A DNA stretch of 64,000 nt from a virus, in IMG/VR virus record IMGVR_UViG_3300049460_000150, positions 15,113 through 79,112 of that record; one strand, written 5' to 3'. This document shows, piece by piece, positions 42,549-55,576 of the stretch. Position 1 is the stretch's first letter. The number at the start of each line of letters is the position of its first letter. Below the pieces are notes generated by a model. That model was not told the DNA's origin and did not search any database. It saw only the letters and a program-made list of their open reading frames with translations. The translations under genes were made by a program, and so were the position numbers.

Positions 42549-45157
42549 AACGACCTAAGCCCAATACCATCTTGGTCGATTCCCGTAACTGGGCGTCGAT
42601 CAAGGACCGTGTGAGAGCCGAGATATCTGCCGCTGGTCTGGCGGGCCTGGACATCGAGACCGAGGACAGCCGCCGCCACGAGGGTCTTAACCGTCTGATG
42701 CAAGTCGATGACGAAGGACACAAAAGCAGCACGAAAAAGCTGCTTTTCGATACCAATCGCACGACCATCACCGGCTTCTCTGTCTACGCCGATGATTCTG
42801 ATACGGCCTACTACATCAATCTGGCCCACGCGGACGTGGAAAACCGCGTGCCTTGGACCCTGGCCCGCGAGCTGTTGGATTGCAAGCGCCCAGAGGCTTC
42901 CTGGGTGTGCCACAACGCGCCCTTTGAATTGACGATGTTCCGCAAGTGTTTGGGCCTCAAGTTGGACAAGGTTATCTGCACCATGCAGCTCGCGGTAACG
43001 GCGTTCAACGACGACACCTACAGCCGCGAGGACTTCATCAAGCCGGGCCTGGGGGGTATTGAGCGCCTGATGCCTCAGATCATTCGCGCCTTCGCCACGT
43101 TCCAGGGCAACGGCTCGAACGACATGGACGACAAGCAATCCGACTTGTTCTTCAAAGTGGTAGCGAAAGAGTCGAAAGCCGAACACTCGTGGATCGGTTA
43201 CATGAAGACCATGACCTGGACGTTCGGCCTGAAGAAGCTTTCGAAGCGCTTCCTGGGCTACACCCAGACCACGTTTGAAGAGGTCTTGAACGGTCGGGCG
43301 CACATGGGCCAGTTGACCGGCGAGGAAGTGGCTGAATACGGCGCAGACGATGCCTGGGTTTGTATGCACCTCTTCCACGAGTTGCTGGCCTATCTTGCAC
43401 AGACGAATGCGAAGGCAATACCAACGTTCTTTAGCCAAGAGAATCCGATGATCCACGTCTACTCCGACGTGTGGGCTGACGGCGTTAGGATCGACATCAA
43501 ACAAGTGCTGGCCCGCCAGCTCGTTTCTCGCAAGCAGTATGCCCGCACGCTGGCAGAGCTGAAGGCTGAGGTGCGCAAGATGCTGCCGTTCCCGCAGGAC
43601 GTGCATGAAAAGCTGGTCAAGTACGACCCTAAAGGCTACGGCAAAGAAGGAACGGCGGAGCGGTATCGCCATCAGGTAGAAACCTGGGCAAAGATGGCCG
43701 ACGCACCCAATGCCTTCGAGCAGATTTACCAGACCAAGAACCCGCTGGGTAAACAGTGGGGCGCGGAGCTGAACCGTAAAGAGTCGAAGGGCTTGTCCAT
43801 CAACTACTACCAAGTCAAGCGCTGTATCCTGCTGGACTTGTGCCGTTGCAGCTTCCAGCTCAATGATGGGAAACCAGCATCGGATGCGGACGCCATCGAT
43901 ACGATGGAAGAACGGTGGAAGAAGAAGGGCGATGGCGGCGAGCGTGGCCCAGCGGCGTACGAGCCGGTGCTTAAAATCATTGAGCTTTATAAGAAGCTGG
44001 CGAAGATTGAACAGGTCAACAAACTGTTCATCAACTCGTACTTGAACTTGACCGATCCCGACACCGGCAAAGTCTACCCGACTTTGAACTCGCTGTTGAA
44101 CTCGCGCCGTATGGCGTTGGCGACACCGAACCTGTCGCAGCTCCCGAAGTACGACGAGAACGCTTTTGTTCGCTCGTTCTTCCTGGCCGACGAGGACGAC
44201 CATATCATCATCTCCGCCGACTGGGCCTCCATCGAGCTGGTGCTGATCGGCGACCGATCCGGCGACCCTGGCTTCGCTGCCGTTTTCGGCCAGCTCCCGT
44301 TCGGCGACTTGCACTCGGAAACGGCGGCTTTCTTGCAAGATTTGAGCGTGCTAGATTTCAAGCAGCGTCCTACCTACAAGGAAGAACGCCGCGACCTGGG
44401 CAAAGTGCCAAACTTCGGCTACTGGTATTCCGGCGCGCTGGGTCAAGCCGCGAAGGCCATGAACTGGGGCAGCGAGAAGATGTGGGAAGCCACGGACAAG
44501 TATCGTCAGCGTTTCCCAGTGGCGGAAGCGTGGCGTGTTGGCGTCATCCAGAAGACGCGGGAAACTGGCATTGTCCACTTGCCAGACGGTCACACGCGGA
44601 TTCGTTACGAATCCACGTACGATTGGGCGCAGCAGATGCGTGCCAAATGGGCGCGTCACGGCGATATAGCTCTGAAGTTCGGGGAACAGGTCATTAAGAA
44701 GATTCAGACCCGCTCCGGCAATCAGGCCGTCAACTCGGAGATTCAAGGCACTTGCGCCACGCTGGCGAAGCGTGCAATCTTGCGCATCCGCGAGAAGGTA
44801 GCACAGATGGATTTACGCGCTCGATTCATGTTCCCAGTACACGACGAATTGGTGTTCTCGGTTCACAAATACGACGCGCTGCCGTTCATCCGCATTCTGC
44901 GTCAAGCGATGTGCGAAGGCCACGAAGACATCGTTACGCGCCTGAAACTGGATTGCGCCGTGGCTGTTGGCTTCAACTACCTGGGATGGGATGCCGAGAC
45001 CAATCCAACGGGCCAGATCGAGCTGGACGAGTGCAGCAAGTTGCCGATCTTCGGCAAAGAGAAGTGGGGTACGAAACTGGACGAAAGCGACTACACAGCC
45101 GTGATCGATTATCTGTATGCAGTTAGAGCCAAGAAAGAGGAAGAGGTGACAGCATGA
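42545..45157 (+). CDS. polA: family A DNA polymerase with 3'-5' exonuclease
   Basis: LDIETE, HNAPFE, YGADDA (exonuclease); PNLSQLP, SADWASIEL, R...GKVPNFG..Y, NSEIQG, VHDELVF. Confidence 0.92.
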   Translation: MKRPKPNTILVDSRNWASIKDRVRAEISAAGLAGLDIETEDSRRHEGLNRLMQVDDEGHKSSTKKLLFDTNRTTITGFSVYADDSDTAYYINLAHADVENRVPWTLARELLDCKRPEASWVCHNAPFELTMFRKCLGLKLDKVICTMQLAVTAFNDDTYSREDFIKPGLGGIERLMPQIIRAFATFQGNGSNDMDDKQSDLFFKVVAKESKAEHSWIGYMKTMTWTFGLKKLSKRFLGYTQTTFEEVLNGRAHMGQLTGEEVAEYGADDAWVCMHLFHELLAYLAQTNAKAIPTFFSQENPMIHVYSDVWADGVRIDIKQVLARQLVSRKQYARTLAELKAEVRKMLPFPQDVHEKLVKYDPKGYGKEGTAERYRHQVETWAKMADAPNAFEQIYQTKNPLGKQWGAELNRKESKGLSINYYQVKRCILLDLCRCSFQLNDGKPASDADAIDTMEERWKKKGDGGERGPAAYEPVLKIIELYKKLAKIEQVNKLFINSYLNLTDPDTGKVYPTLNSLLNSRRMALATPNLSQLPKYDENAFVRSFFLADEDDHIIISADWASIELVLIGDRSGDPGFAAVFGQLPFGDLHSETAAFLQDLSVLDFKQRPTYKEERRDLGKVPNFGYWYSGALGQAAKAMNWGSEKMWEATDKYRQRFPVAEAWRVGVIQKTRETGIVHLPDGHTRIRYESTYDWAQQMRAKWARHGDIALKFGEQVIKKIQTRSGNQAVNSEIQGTCATLAKRAILRIREKVAQMDLRARFMFPVHDELVFSVHKYDALPFIRILRQAMCEGHEDIVTRLKLDCAVAVGFNYLGWDAETNPTGQIELDECSKLPIFGKEKWGTKLDESDYTAVIDYLYAVRAKKEEEVTA

Positions 45158-45831
45158 GAATTAGCAGCTTTCAAATAGCGGTTACGCTGTGGATGGACCG
45201 CTGCTTCGGCCCGCTGATTGCGGGCGATAAAGAGGAACGTGGGTTCCGTTTCCTGGAAGAGTCATTGGAGCTGGTCCAGTCCACAGGCTGTTCTAAGGAA
45301 GACGCGCACAAGCTGGTCGATTACGTCTACGGTCGCCCCGTGGGCGAGATCGCGCAAGAGGTCGGTGGCGTCTCTGTCACCTTAGCCGCGCTGTGCCAAG
45401 CTAACGGCGTTTCGTGGGAGGCGGCGGCGGTCGATGAATACCGCCGCATCAACACGCGGGAGGCGATGCTGAAGATTCAGCAAAAGCAACTGACAAAACC
45501 GCAGCGTAGCCCGCTGCCGGGTCACACGGTTCCGGTGCAAGCCTTTTACACGCACAATCTGTCGGATGACGACCTGGAGCGCGAGGCTGGTTTGAGCCGT
45601 AACTTCGAAGCGCCATACGACCCCTTCGACGACCGAACCGGCGCTCCGATCTCCCCCGTGGTAATGGAGGCGTTGAATGCGCGCCTGAAGCCACTAGAAC
45701 AGGCCAAGACGCTTGCGGTCTCGACCCCGAACGGTTGTGAATGCGAGCATCTGCGCCGCCTGTTCGAGCGGGAGCAACCAGAGTTCCATCCTGACGGCCT
45801 GACAGGCGAATGGAAGGCACCTCATGGCTAA
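45154..45831 (+). CDS. MazG-like pyrophosphohydrolase domain protein
   Basis: ERGFRFLEESLELVQS...GEIAQEVGGV. Confidence 0.55.
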   Translation: MRISSFQIAVTLWMDRCFGPLIAGDKEERGFRFLEESLELVQSTGCSKEDAHKLVDYVYGRPVGEIAQEVGGVSVTLAALCQANGVSWEAAAVDEYRRINTREAMLKIQQKQLTKPQRSPLPGHTVPVQAFYTHNLSDDDLEREAGLSRNFEAPYDPFDDRTGAPISPVVMEALNARLKPLEQAKTLAVSTPNGCECEHLRRLFEREQPEFHPDGLTGEWKAPHG

Positions 45832-46255
45832 GTCTGTTTGGATGAACGCCCAGGCGGATTTCGAATCTGTCTGGGTGGGCAAACAATGCTGGTGCTACGC
45901 TTTCGAAGATACCAGGGAGGCGATGGGCCTCTCTGGCTCGCGCCGTGTGTTCACGAAGGGTCGGCCCTCCGACTATCTCGTGACCGCTGGTGGCAAGACG
46001 TTCTTTGCCGAGGTGAAGTCAAGCCAAAACGAGGTATCGTTTAACCTCAACAACGTTGAAGAGTCGCAGTGGCAAGCAGCCATCCGCTCGGTGGCCGCTG
46101 GTGGCCTCTACTTCTTCTTCATTCGTTGCGAAGTCAACGGCCTGTGGTTCCAGGTGCCAGCAGTGATCTTGGTGGAACAACGCAAGACCAAGAAAAGTAT
46201 CAAATGGGTAGACCTTAAACCTTACTTCTGGAAGATGTCACATGAACATAAATAA
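45824..46255 (+). CDS. PD-(D/E)XK Holliday junction resolvase (RecU-like)
   Basis: PSDY...FFAEVKS...F....VEESQ. Confidence 0.7.
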   Translation: MAKSVWMNAQADFESVWVGKQCWCYAFEDTREAMGLSGSRRVFTKGRPSDYLVTAGGKTFFAEVKSSQNEVSFNLNNVEESQWQAAIRSVAAGGLYFFFIRCEVNGLWFQVPAVILVEQRKTKKSIKWVDLKPYFWKMSHEHK

Positions 46256-46898
46256 AGACGATTTCCCCGACGTGATGGTGGACATTGAAACCACCGGCAC
46301 CGACTCGGCCTCTTGCGCGATCATTCAGATCGCAGCGGTGCGTTTCAACCTCCAGGCGCGTACCGTGTCACCGGACTTCTTCGACCGCTGCCTGATGATT
46401 CCCACGACGCGCTTCTGGCAGGAAGGCGGGCGCGATTTCTGGGTCAAACGTAAGGAGCTGTTCCACAGCATCAGCGCCCGCATGGAAGACCCAGAAACGG
46501 TGATGCGCGCTCTGATCGAATGGTGCGGCGGTCAGCGCGTGCTGTGGGCCAAGCCAAGTCACTTCGAATTCCCGTTCCTGGAATCGTACTTCCGCCGCTA
46601 CGAACTGCAAACGCCGTTCTTCTACCGCAGCGTGAACGACCAGAACTCGTTCTTCCGTGGCCTGTATTACCCGGCCACGGTGCCTGACTTCGAGCGCTCC
46701 TTGCCCTTCGTCGGCGAACTGCACAATGGCCTGTACGATACCTTGCACCAATTGAAGGTGTTGTTCCACACGGTTGAGGACGCGATGGCGCAGCGTAACG
46801 CGGTCCTGGGCGCGGTGGGCGAGATCGTGGGCGAGATGAAACAGGTCCTCGACACGGTTGGCGACGGTCCCGACAACCCGGCCACTGGAGCAGCATAA
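46242..46898 (+). CDS. DEDDh 3'-5' exonuclease
   Basis: VMVDIETTG, IIQIAAV, HNGLYD. Confidence 0.85.
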   Translation: MNINKDDFPDVMVDIETTGTDSASCAIIQIAAVRFNLQARTVSPDFFDRCLMIPTTRFWQEGGRDFWVKRKELFHSISARMEDPETVMRALIEWCGGQRVLWAKPSHFEFPFLESYFRRYELQTPFFYRSVNDQNSFFRGLYYPATVPDFERSLPFVGELHNGLYDTLHQLKVLFHTVEDAMAQRNAVLGAVGEIVGEMKQVLDTVGDGPDNPATGAA

Positions 46899-47210
46899 AT
46901 GCAGATGGAATTGCACCGGAATTATCCGCAGGCTATTAAGAACGTTCTTGGCATCGTTGTCGGCATCAAATTGATGCCAAGTAGTCTGCCAAAAGAAGGG
47001 CCGATTTCCTTGCACGAAATCGGATATCCTGCCATACTGATGGCTTGCAATTTGTGGGAAGCCGAAGATGGCGACTCCAAGCACTGGGATTGGTACTATT
47101 GCCATGACCCAGAAATAAACGCCAAGATCGACAAGTTTGTGCGTGAACAAGCGCTCAACTTTCATCAGTGGTACTACCTCGATGTGTTTGACTTTCAAGA
47201 CGGAGAATAA
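46899..47210 (+). CDS. hypothetical protein
   Basis: GGAG RBS, adjacent start. Confidence 0.55.
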   Translation: MQMELHRNYPQAIKNVLGIVVGIKLMPSSLPKEGPISLHEIGYPAILMACNLWEAEDGDSKHWDWYYCHDPEINAKIDKFVREQALNFHQWYYLDVFDFQDGE

Positions 47211-47212
47211 AA

Positions 47213-47629
47213 ATGACTGCACGTACCAACGCAAAAACCAAAGGTGTTCCAACCCGCGATTCCGAGAAGCCAAGCCGTCACGCCCAAGCGAAGGCTACGG
47301 CCCGCAAGACCAACGGTGATGTTGGCTACACGGACGTTGCCGCCCAGCCGTTCGAGCTGGTCAAGCCTGTGCTGATGCCGCGCCAAGCACTGTTCATCAA
47401 CGCCCTGCCGGACAACATCGCCGACGATCTGATGGTGTCCTCCATGGCAGAACAGATGTACGGCAAGATGGGCTACAACCGCATGGAAGGCAAAGCGGGC
47501 TGGCACACCACGCAATGCTCCACCGAAGACCTGAAACTGATGCTGAAGAATCTGGTGGCAAAGCAGGACTGGATCGACGTGGCAATCGTGTCGAGTATGC
47601 TGCTGATCCGTGAACAACTGGCGATGTAA
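47213..47629 (+). CDS. hypothetical protein
   Basis: GGAG RBS; followed by a terminator. Confidence 0.65.
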   Translation: MTARTNAKTKGVPTRDSEKPSRHAQAKATARKTNGDVGYTDVAAQPFELVKPVLMPRQALFINALPDNIADDLMVSSMAEQMYGKMGYNRMEGKAGWHTTQCSTEDLKLMLKNLVAKQDWIDVAIVSSMLLIREQLAM

Positions 47630-47655
47630 AATCCAGACCAATCTGGCGTAGCAAC

Positions 47656-47678
47656 AGCCCCGCAGTGCGGGGCTTTTT
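47656..47678 (+). terminator. intrinsic terminator
   Basis: AGCCCCGC-AGT-GCGGGGCTTTTT. Confidence 0.8.
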
Positions 47679-47692
47679 CACAGGAGAAAATC

Positions 47693-48691
47693 ATGAATGT
47701 AATACCTTTCGAAATCGGCGATGTCCACCTGGGCCGCAAGTTCACCAATGGCGTGCCGTTGCACCGCAAGGGCGACCGCGAGCGCATGGTGATGGACGAC
47801 TTCAAGATGCGGCTTGCCACTTACGATGGCCCGCTGCTGGTCCAGACTGGCGACCTCTTCGACTCCTTCACCGTGGACGAGGCAATCGTTCTGGACGTGG
47901 CCCGCACCGTGCGCGCCGCCGCGACGGCGCACCCTGACAGCATCTACGTGTTCTATCGCGGCAATCACGACGCCAGCAAGGACACCAGCAAGGCCAGCTC
48001 CTTTGACGTGTTCAAAGAGCTGATGCAAGGGCTGGAAAACGTCAAGGTCTTGACCAACGTTGACGTTGTGATCTTTGAAGGTCAAGCTTTCGGGTTCATC
48101 CCCTGGCATCCATTCAAGTCAGCCGATGAGCTGGCCCAGAACCTTATCGACAACTGGGGAGGTTTCCAGTTCGAGGCCGTCTACGGCCACTGGGACGTGG
48201 AAGGTTACGGCAGCGCTGCGCATGACTTCAACATGGTGCCCACGAAGATACTTTCGGCCCGCACCAAAGTGGTCAAGACCGGCCACGTTCATAAACCAAC
48301 GGCTTTCGACCGCGACGGTGTGCGCGTGACCGTGATCGGTTCCATGCAGCCATACGCGCACGGCGAAGACCCAGCAACCACTTGGTACAAGACGACCTCG
48401 TATGCTGACTTCAACGCCTACGGCCCACTGGAAAAAGAATGGTGCCGCAACCTAAACCTGCGCATCGTGGTCAAAGACGGCGAGGTGCCGGAACCGATCA
48501 ACTGCCTGTCCTTCATCACGAAGAAGGCCACCGACAAGAACGACGATGAAGCCCCAGACCTGGATGTCCAGATCGCGGACTTTAACATGGACAATCTGTT
48601 CTCGCAAGCCATGGACGCACGCGGCGTGACCAGCCATGTGCAAGAACTCGTTTCCTCCAAATTCAAAGAGCTGCGCAACACTGGAGCATAA
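47693..48691 (+). CDS. SbcD/Mre11-like metallophosphoesterase nuclease
   Basis: GDVHLG, GDLFD, GNHD, GH, GHVH, GS motifs. Confidence 0.88.
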   Translation: MNVIPFEIGDVHLGRKFTNGVPLHRKGDRERMVMDDFKMRLATYDGPLLVQTGDLFDSFTVDEAIVLDVARTVRAAATAHPDSIYVFYRGNHDASKDTSKASSFDVFKELMQGLENVKVLTNVDVVIFEGQAFGFIPWHPFKSADELAQNLIDNWGGFQFEAVYGHWDVEGYGSAAHDFNMVPTKILSARTKVVKTGHVHKPTAFDRDGVRVTVIGSMQPYAHGEDPATTWYKTTSYADFNAYGPLEKEWCRNLNLRIVVKDGEVPEPINCLSFITKKATDKNDDEAPDLDVQIADFNMDNLFSQAMDARGVTSHVQELVSSKFKELRNTGA

Positions 48692-48692
48692 A

Positions 48693-50774
48693 ATGCTAAA
48701 AGACATCCGTATTCAAGGCACCTTCGGCCACCGTGATTCCTACTTCAACTTCGAAGAAGGTCTGACCTCCATCACGGGCCGTAACGGTCGTGGAAAATCC
48801 ATGATCCAGGAAATGGTGCAGTTCGCCTACTGGGGCATCGCGGCGCTGCGCGGCGTATCCTCTGACTATCCAGAGCTGAAAGTCGTGCTGCGTTCCTGGA
48901 TCAAAAACCAGCCGTACACCATTGAACGCACCATCACCAAGGCTGGGCTGTTCGCGGGCCATGGCGACGACAAGAAACAGATCGCCACCGGCACCAAGGC
49001 AGTCAACATCGCTGTCAAGGAACTGTTTGGCTATTCCATGGCCGTGTTCCAGGTGGCGAACGCCATCAATCAGAAGAAGGTTGACGAGTTCTGCGCGATG
49101 CTGCCAACCGCTCGCAAGAAACTGGTGGACGAAACCATTGGGCTGTCCGCGCTGGACGATCTGGGCAAATGGATCGGCGAAAACGAGCTGGGGGTTCGCT
49201 CGAAGATTCAGGCCCGCACGGAGCTGTTGCGTGAGCCTGTCAAGCCAACGGAGCCGGAAGGCTACGCCCCAACTGGCGAGATTGAAGCGAAACTGGTCCC
49301 GCTCCTGCGCTTGCAATCGTCACGCTTCGTGCTGGAAGCCCAGGCCAATCAGGTTCTCGTTGCACCTATGCTGGTCGAGCTGGACCCAGACGACGCGCTC
49401 CTGGACGAGCTGCGCGCCCAGGTGTTGCAGTACAACGCCCTCGTGGTCGAGGCGACGCTTTTGCAGAAGGACATCGACGCCATCGGGCCGGTGCCTGCCA
49501 TCGTTGAAGCCAAGCTCGAAGAAGACGATGCCAAGCTGGATGAGTACCGCGACAACGCCATGCAGCGCGCCAACCTGACCAGTCGCAAAACGGTCTTGGT
49601 CGCCCAGTGGCAGCGCATTCCTGAATCGGCTTACACTCTGGAACAGCTCAAAGAGATGGCCGAAACGTGGCGCAAGATTGAGAAGTTTAACGAGCGCGCC
49701 GGACTGCTTGCACGGGGCATCTCTTACCACTGCGAGAAGTGCGCGCACGACGGCAAGATGGTGGACCCTCGTGTTCACTCCGCCGAATTCGCTGGCATTC
49801 CAGAAGAGGTCCCGGCCTCTCCAGAGCTGACGCGGGCCAGCATTGAGAAGGCCCACTCTATTCTGGAAGCCCAGCCGCGCCGCGCCGAGCTGGACAAGGA
49901 GATTCGTGAGATCGAAGAAGCCTTCCTCAAGGTGCCAGACACGGCCCAGCGCGTTGGCATCATCGAAGCCAAGCGCCGCGACGTGGCAGCGCAGCAGTAT
50001 GCGTTGCAGAAGAAAGCACGGATGGACGAGCTGCTGGTAAAGCGCGCTGATCTGGGCAACCGTCTGGTGGCTTGCCCTAACAAGCAGCCATACGTGATTC
50101 GCATCGAAAGCCAGCGCCAGAGGTATGCTCTTTACCAGCAGGCGCTTTCCAACTACACGGAACAGGAAGCCAAGGTCGATGCGGCCAAGCTGGAGCTGAC
50201 AAAGTTCTCGCCAACGCTGGACGCCGATATTAGGGCCTTGCAATCTCTGCGCGAAGCGGGTCTCATTTTCGAGACCCACATGGTCCATTACGAGAAGGCT
50301 CACACCGAGTTCTTGACGCTGCAATTCGAGATCGGTATGTTCACCAATGAGCTGGAAGATTGGGGCAACGTCAAACTGGCCGTGACCGATCTGCGCGCCC
50401 GCATCAAAGGCTACCTGCTGCCATCGCTCAACAAAGTCGCCTCGTATCTGGTGAACGAATTCAGTGGTGGCGAGCTGGGCTGGATCGTCATCAACGACGA
50501 CTTCGAAGTCATCGTTGACGGCAAGCGGGTCGAGACCCTTTCGGGCGGGCAGAAAACCATCACCAACTTGGCTATCCGTATCGGTCTGGGACAAGTCTTG
50601 ACCAACGCCGTCTTCCCCGTCCTCATGATGGACGAGCCTGACGAATCGTGCGACGATGTGGTGGCTGGCCTGATCGAGAAAACGATGCAAGTGTTGAAGA
50701 CCAAGATGAAGCAAATCTTGGTCGTCACGCACAAGACCGGCGCGATGGCAGACAACCGCATCCACCTGGAATAA
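48693..50774 (+). CDS. SbcC/Rad50-like SMC ATPase
   Basis: GRNGRGKS, coiled coil with central CEKC hook, LSGGQ, MMDEPD, VVTH. Confidence 0.9.
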   Translation: MLKDIRIQGTFGHRDSYFNFEEGLTSITGRNGRGKSMIQEMVQFAYWGIAALRGVSSDYPELKVVLRSWIKNQPYTIERTITKAGLFAGHGDDKKQIATGTKAVNIAVKELFGYSMAVFQVANAINQKKVDEFCAMLPTARKKLVDETIGLSALDDLGKWIGENELGVRSKIQARTELLREPVKPTEPEGYAPTGEIEAKLVPLLRLQSSRFVLEAQANQVLVAPMLVELDPDDALLDELRAQVLQYNALVVEATLLQKDIDAIGPVPAIVEAKLEEDDAKLDEYRDNAMQRANLTSRKTVLVAQWQRIPESAYTLEQLKEMAETWRKIEKFNERAGLLARGISYHCEKCAHDGKMVDPRVHSAEFAGIPEEVPASPELTRASIEKAHSILEAQPRRAELDKEIREIEEAFLKVPDTAQRVGIIEAKRRDVAAQQYALQKKARMDELLVKRADLGNRLVACPNKQPYVIRIESQRQRYALYQQALSNYTEQEAKVDAAKLELTKFSPTLDADIRALQSLREAGLIFETHMVHYEKAHTEFLTLQFEIGMFTNELEDWGNVKLAVTDLRARIKGYLLPSLNKVASYLVNEFSGGELGWIVINDDFEVIVDGKRVETLSGGQKTITNLAIRIGLGQVLTNAVFPVLMMDEPDESCDDVVAGLIEKTMQVLKTKMKQILVVTHKTGAMADNRIHLE

Positions 50775-50775
50775 G

Positions 50776-51102
50776 ATGGCGTACATTTACAGGTGTAGTA
50801 GGTGCCGGACCAGGAACAGCTTTAAGCAACCTCTTGAGGACTACAGGAGGGCGAAGAAGTGTCGCGCCTGCGGCTACACCAAGTTCTATTGGGACAAGGA
50901 GCGGAACCGTAAGGCCGACTTCTGCACCTGTAATGGCTACCATTTTAACCATCGGCGCGGTAGCAAATTCTGCTGGGCCAACCCGCAGTATGAATGGAAC
51001 GTCAGAGTCTTACGTTACAAAGAGGACCCGTTACAGGTTAGCGCCGATATAGCTTTCGACGCGGAACCAGTTCTGGAAACGAGTGAAGAAGTCCCATTTT
51101 AA
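50776..51102 (+). CDS. Cys-rich zinc-binding protein
   Basis: CSRC...CRAC...CTCNGYHFNHRRGS..C. Confidence 0.65.
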   Translation: MAYIYRCSRCRTRNSFKQPLEDYRRAKKCRACGYTKFYWDKERNRKADFCTCNGYHFNHRRGSKFCWANPQYEWNVRVLRYKEDPLQVSADIAFDAEPVLETSEEVPF

Positions 51103-51112
51103 AGGAAGGATA

Positions 51113-51329
51113 ATGGCTAGTTATTACAGCAAGTTCCTCGCCAAGATCAAGGCGACGACAACAAGCGGCATGACCATTACGGTGGAATGCCCGTCTCCTA
51201 TCGCCATGTTGGACGAGGCTATTGGTATGGCTTTTAACCAGCATGGCGAAGCACACGTTCGCGCCATGTTTGAGAAAGCATTGGAGCGCCGTATTCAGTT
51301 CAAGAAAAACTATGAAAAGGAGAAACAAA

Positions 51330-51340
<11 letters not shown>
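51113..51340 (+). CDS. small hypothetical protein
   Basis: AAGGA RBS. Confidence 0.55.
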
Positions 51341-54146
<2,806 letters not shown>

Positions 54147-54306
54147 GTGGTCTAGTCCGTTTTAGTGTATTTTTAGGCAATTCGTCCAGGAGCCACTAGG
54201 AAGCCCGTGGTGGCCTCTGGACTTTTCTGGCACTCTGTATCGTCCTGTTTTACGAAACCAAGCCTGGGCGATTCTGAGAGCCTCATATTTCCACCTGGAG
54301 AATTAG

Positions 54307-55260
54307 ATGCAACCATACTACGATTTGATAACCGAAGTTTTGCGCAAAGGATCGCGCCAAAGTAATCGCACCGGGATCGATACGATTCGCCTGCCTTATG
54401 GCTCGATGATGCGCTACGATATGAACGACGGTTTCCCACTTGAAACCCGCCGCCGTATGACCTTCAAAGGCTGCAAGGGCGAGCTGGTCGGCTTCCTGCG
54501 CGCCGCCGAGAGCGCTGCCGACTTCCGCGCCCTCGGCTGTAACTTCTGGAACCAGAACGCCAACGAGAACAAGGCATGGCTGGCAAACCCGCTGCGCAAA
54601 GGCGAAGACGATCTCGGCAGAATTTATGGCGCGCAGTGGCGGCGCTGGCTGGGTGATACCGAGTTCCGCGTGGAGAGCCATTTGCCGGAGTCGGAACGAA
54701 GCCCCTTCCGCGTCGTGCAAAACGGCAAGGAGTTCGGCGTGTACATGGTTCCATTCGATCAGATTAAGGCAGCGCTGGAAACCATCCACACGAATCCAAC
54801 GGATCGCGGCATCATCATCAACGCATGGCGTCCAGATGAATTCCGTTCGATGGCGCTGCGTCCATGCCATGTGCTTTACCAGTTCACGGTGGATGTTCAA
54901 GCCCATGAGATCAGCCTGTGCATGTACCAGCGTTCCGCTGATATGTTCCTGGGCGTTCCGATGAACATCGCTTCCTCTGCGCTGCTGCTGAAAATCTTCG
55001 GCCACCTGACAGGCTACAAGCCGCGTTACTTTACCCACTTCATTGACGATGCCCACATCTACGTCAATCACCTGGATCAAGTCAACGAGCTGCTGGCGCG
55101 CACTTCGTTCGAGGCTCCGACCGTCCGTTTCAGCGAGCGCATCAAGCCATACGACGGCAAGTTCTTCAACCCTCATCTCATCGACGCGATTGGTCCAGAA
55201 GACATCATCCTGGAAAACTACCAGTCGCACGATGCGATCTCGGCCCCGATGGCGGTGTAA
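54307..55260 (+). CDS. thyA: thymidylate synthase
   Basis: NRTG, LGRIYGAQWR, MALRPCH, YQRSADMFLGVPMN, DAHIY.NH. Confidence 0.95.
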   Translation: MQPYYDLITEVLRKGSRQSNRTGIDTIRLPYGSMMRYDMNDGFPLETRRRMTFKGCKGELVGFLRAAESAADFRALGCNFWNQNANENKAWLANPLRKGEDDLGRIYGAQWRRWLGDTEFRVESHLPESERSPFRVVQNGKEFGVYMVPFDQIKAALETIHTNPTDRGIIINAWRPDEFRSMALRPCHVLYQFTVDVQAHEISLCMYQRSADMFLGVPMNIASSALLLKIFGHLTGYKPRYFTHFIDDAHIYVNHLDQVNELLARTSFEAPTVRFSERIKPYDGKFFNPHLIDAIGPEDIILENYQSHDAISAPMAV

Positions 55261-55261
55261 C

Positions 55262-55513
55262 ATGGACATCGTTCACTTGACCAACTGCAACCTCGTCATC
55301 GGCCCACCTTCGGATATGCAAGACGGCTCCTGTGCAAACCTTCCGGTTGAGGTCTATAAGGACGAGGCCGGAGCCGTCTGGTCTCGCTCCTTCTGGAAAC
55401 CATCCCCCGAAGACCTCGCCACGCTCAATGCTGGCGGCGTTATCGATCTGCACATTCGTGCATCAGGACGACAACACCCTGTTGTAGCGCTCGGCACCGC
55501 GCCGCTCGTATAG
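55262..55513 (+). CDS. small hypothetical protein
   Basis: C..LPV...S.WKPS.EDL..LN.GG motif; last gene of the plus-strand arm. Confidence 0.6.
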   Translation: MDIVHLTNCNLVIGPPSDMQDGSCANLPVEVYKDEAGAVWSRSFWKPSPEDLATLNAGGVIDLHIRASGRQHPVVALGTAPLV

Positions 55514-55540
55514 AAAAAGGCCCGCTTTCGCGGGCCTTCT
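55514..55540. terminator. terminator between the convergent arms
   Basis: AAAAAGGCCCGC-TTTC-GCGGGCCTT. Confidence 0.8.
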
Positions 55541-55576
55541 CCGTCCTACTCTCCCAACTCTTTCAAACGGTCTAGG

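Noticed and set aside
42374-44338. Long antisense ORFs (654 aa here; also 26517-27866, 49320-50786, 51887-52975, 36600-37622)
   Set aside because: Shadow frames opposite well-supported genes, expected from GC-rich codon bias; no recognisable motifs.
42545-45157. Modified-base (e.g. Z-genome) polymerase suggested by the variant motif A DWASIEL
   Set aside because: No purZ or other base-synthesis gene is recognisable in the window; motif variation alone is insufficient.
39255-50774. Wadjet-like (JetABCD) system from the TOPRIM and SMC proteins
   Set aside because: The genes are not adjacent, the SMC has a Rad50-type CxxC hook and pairs with an Mre11-like nuclease, and no kleisin/KITE subunits are evident.
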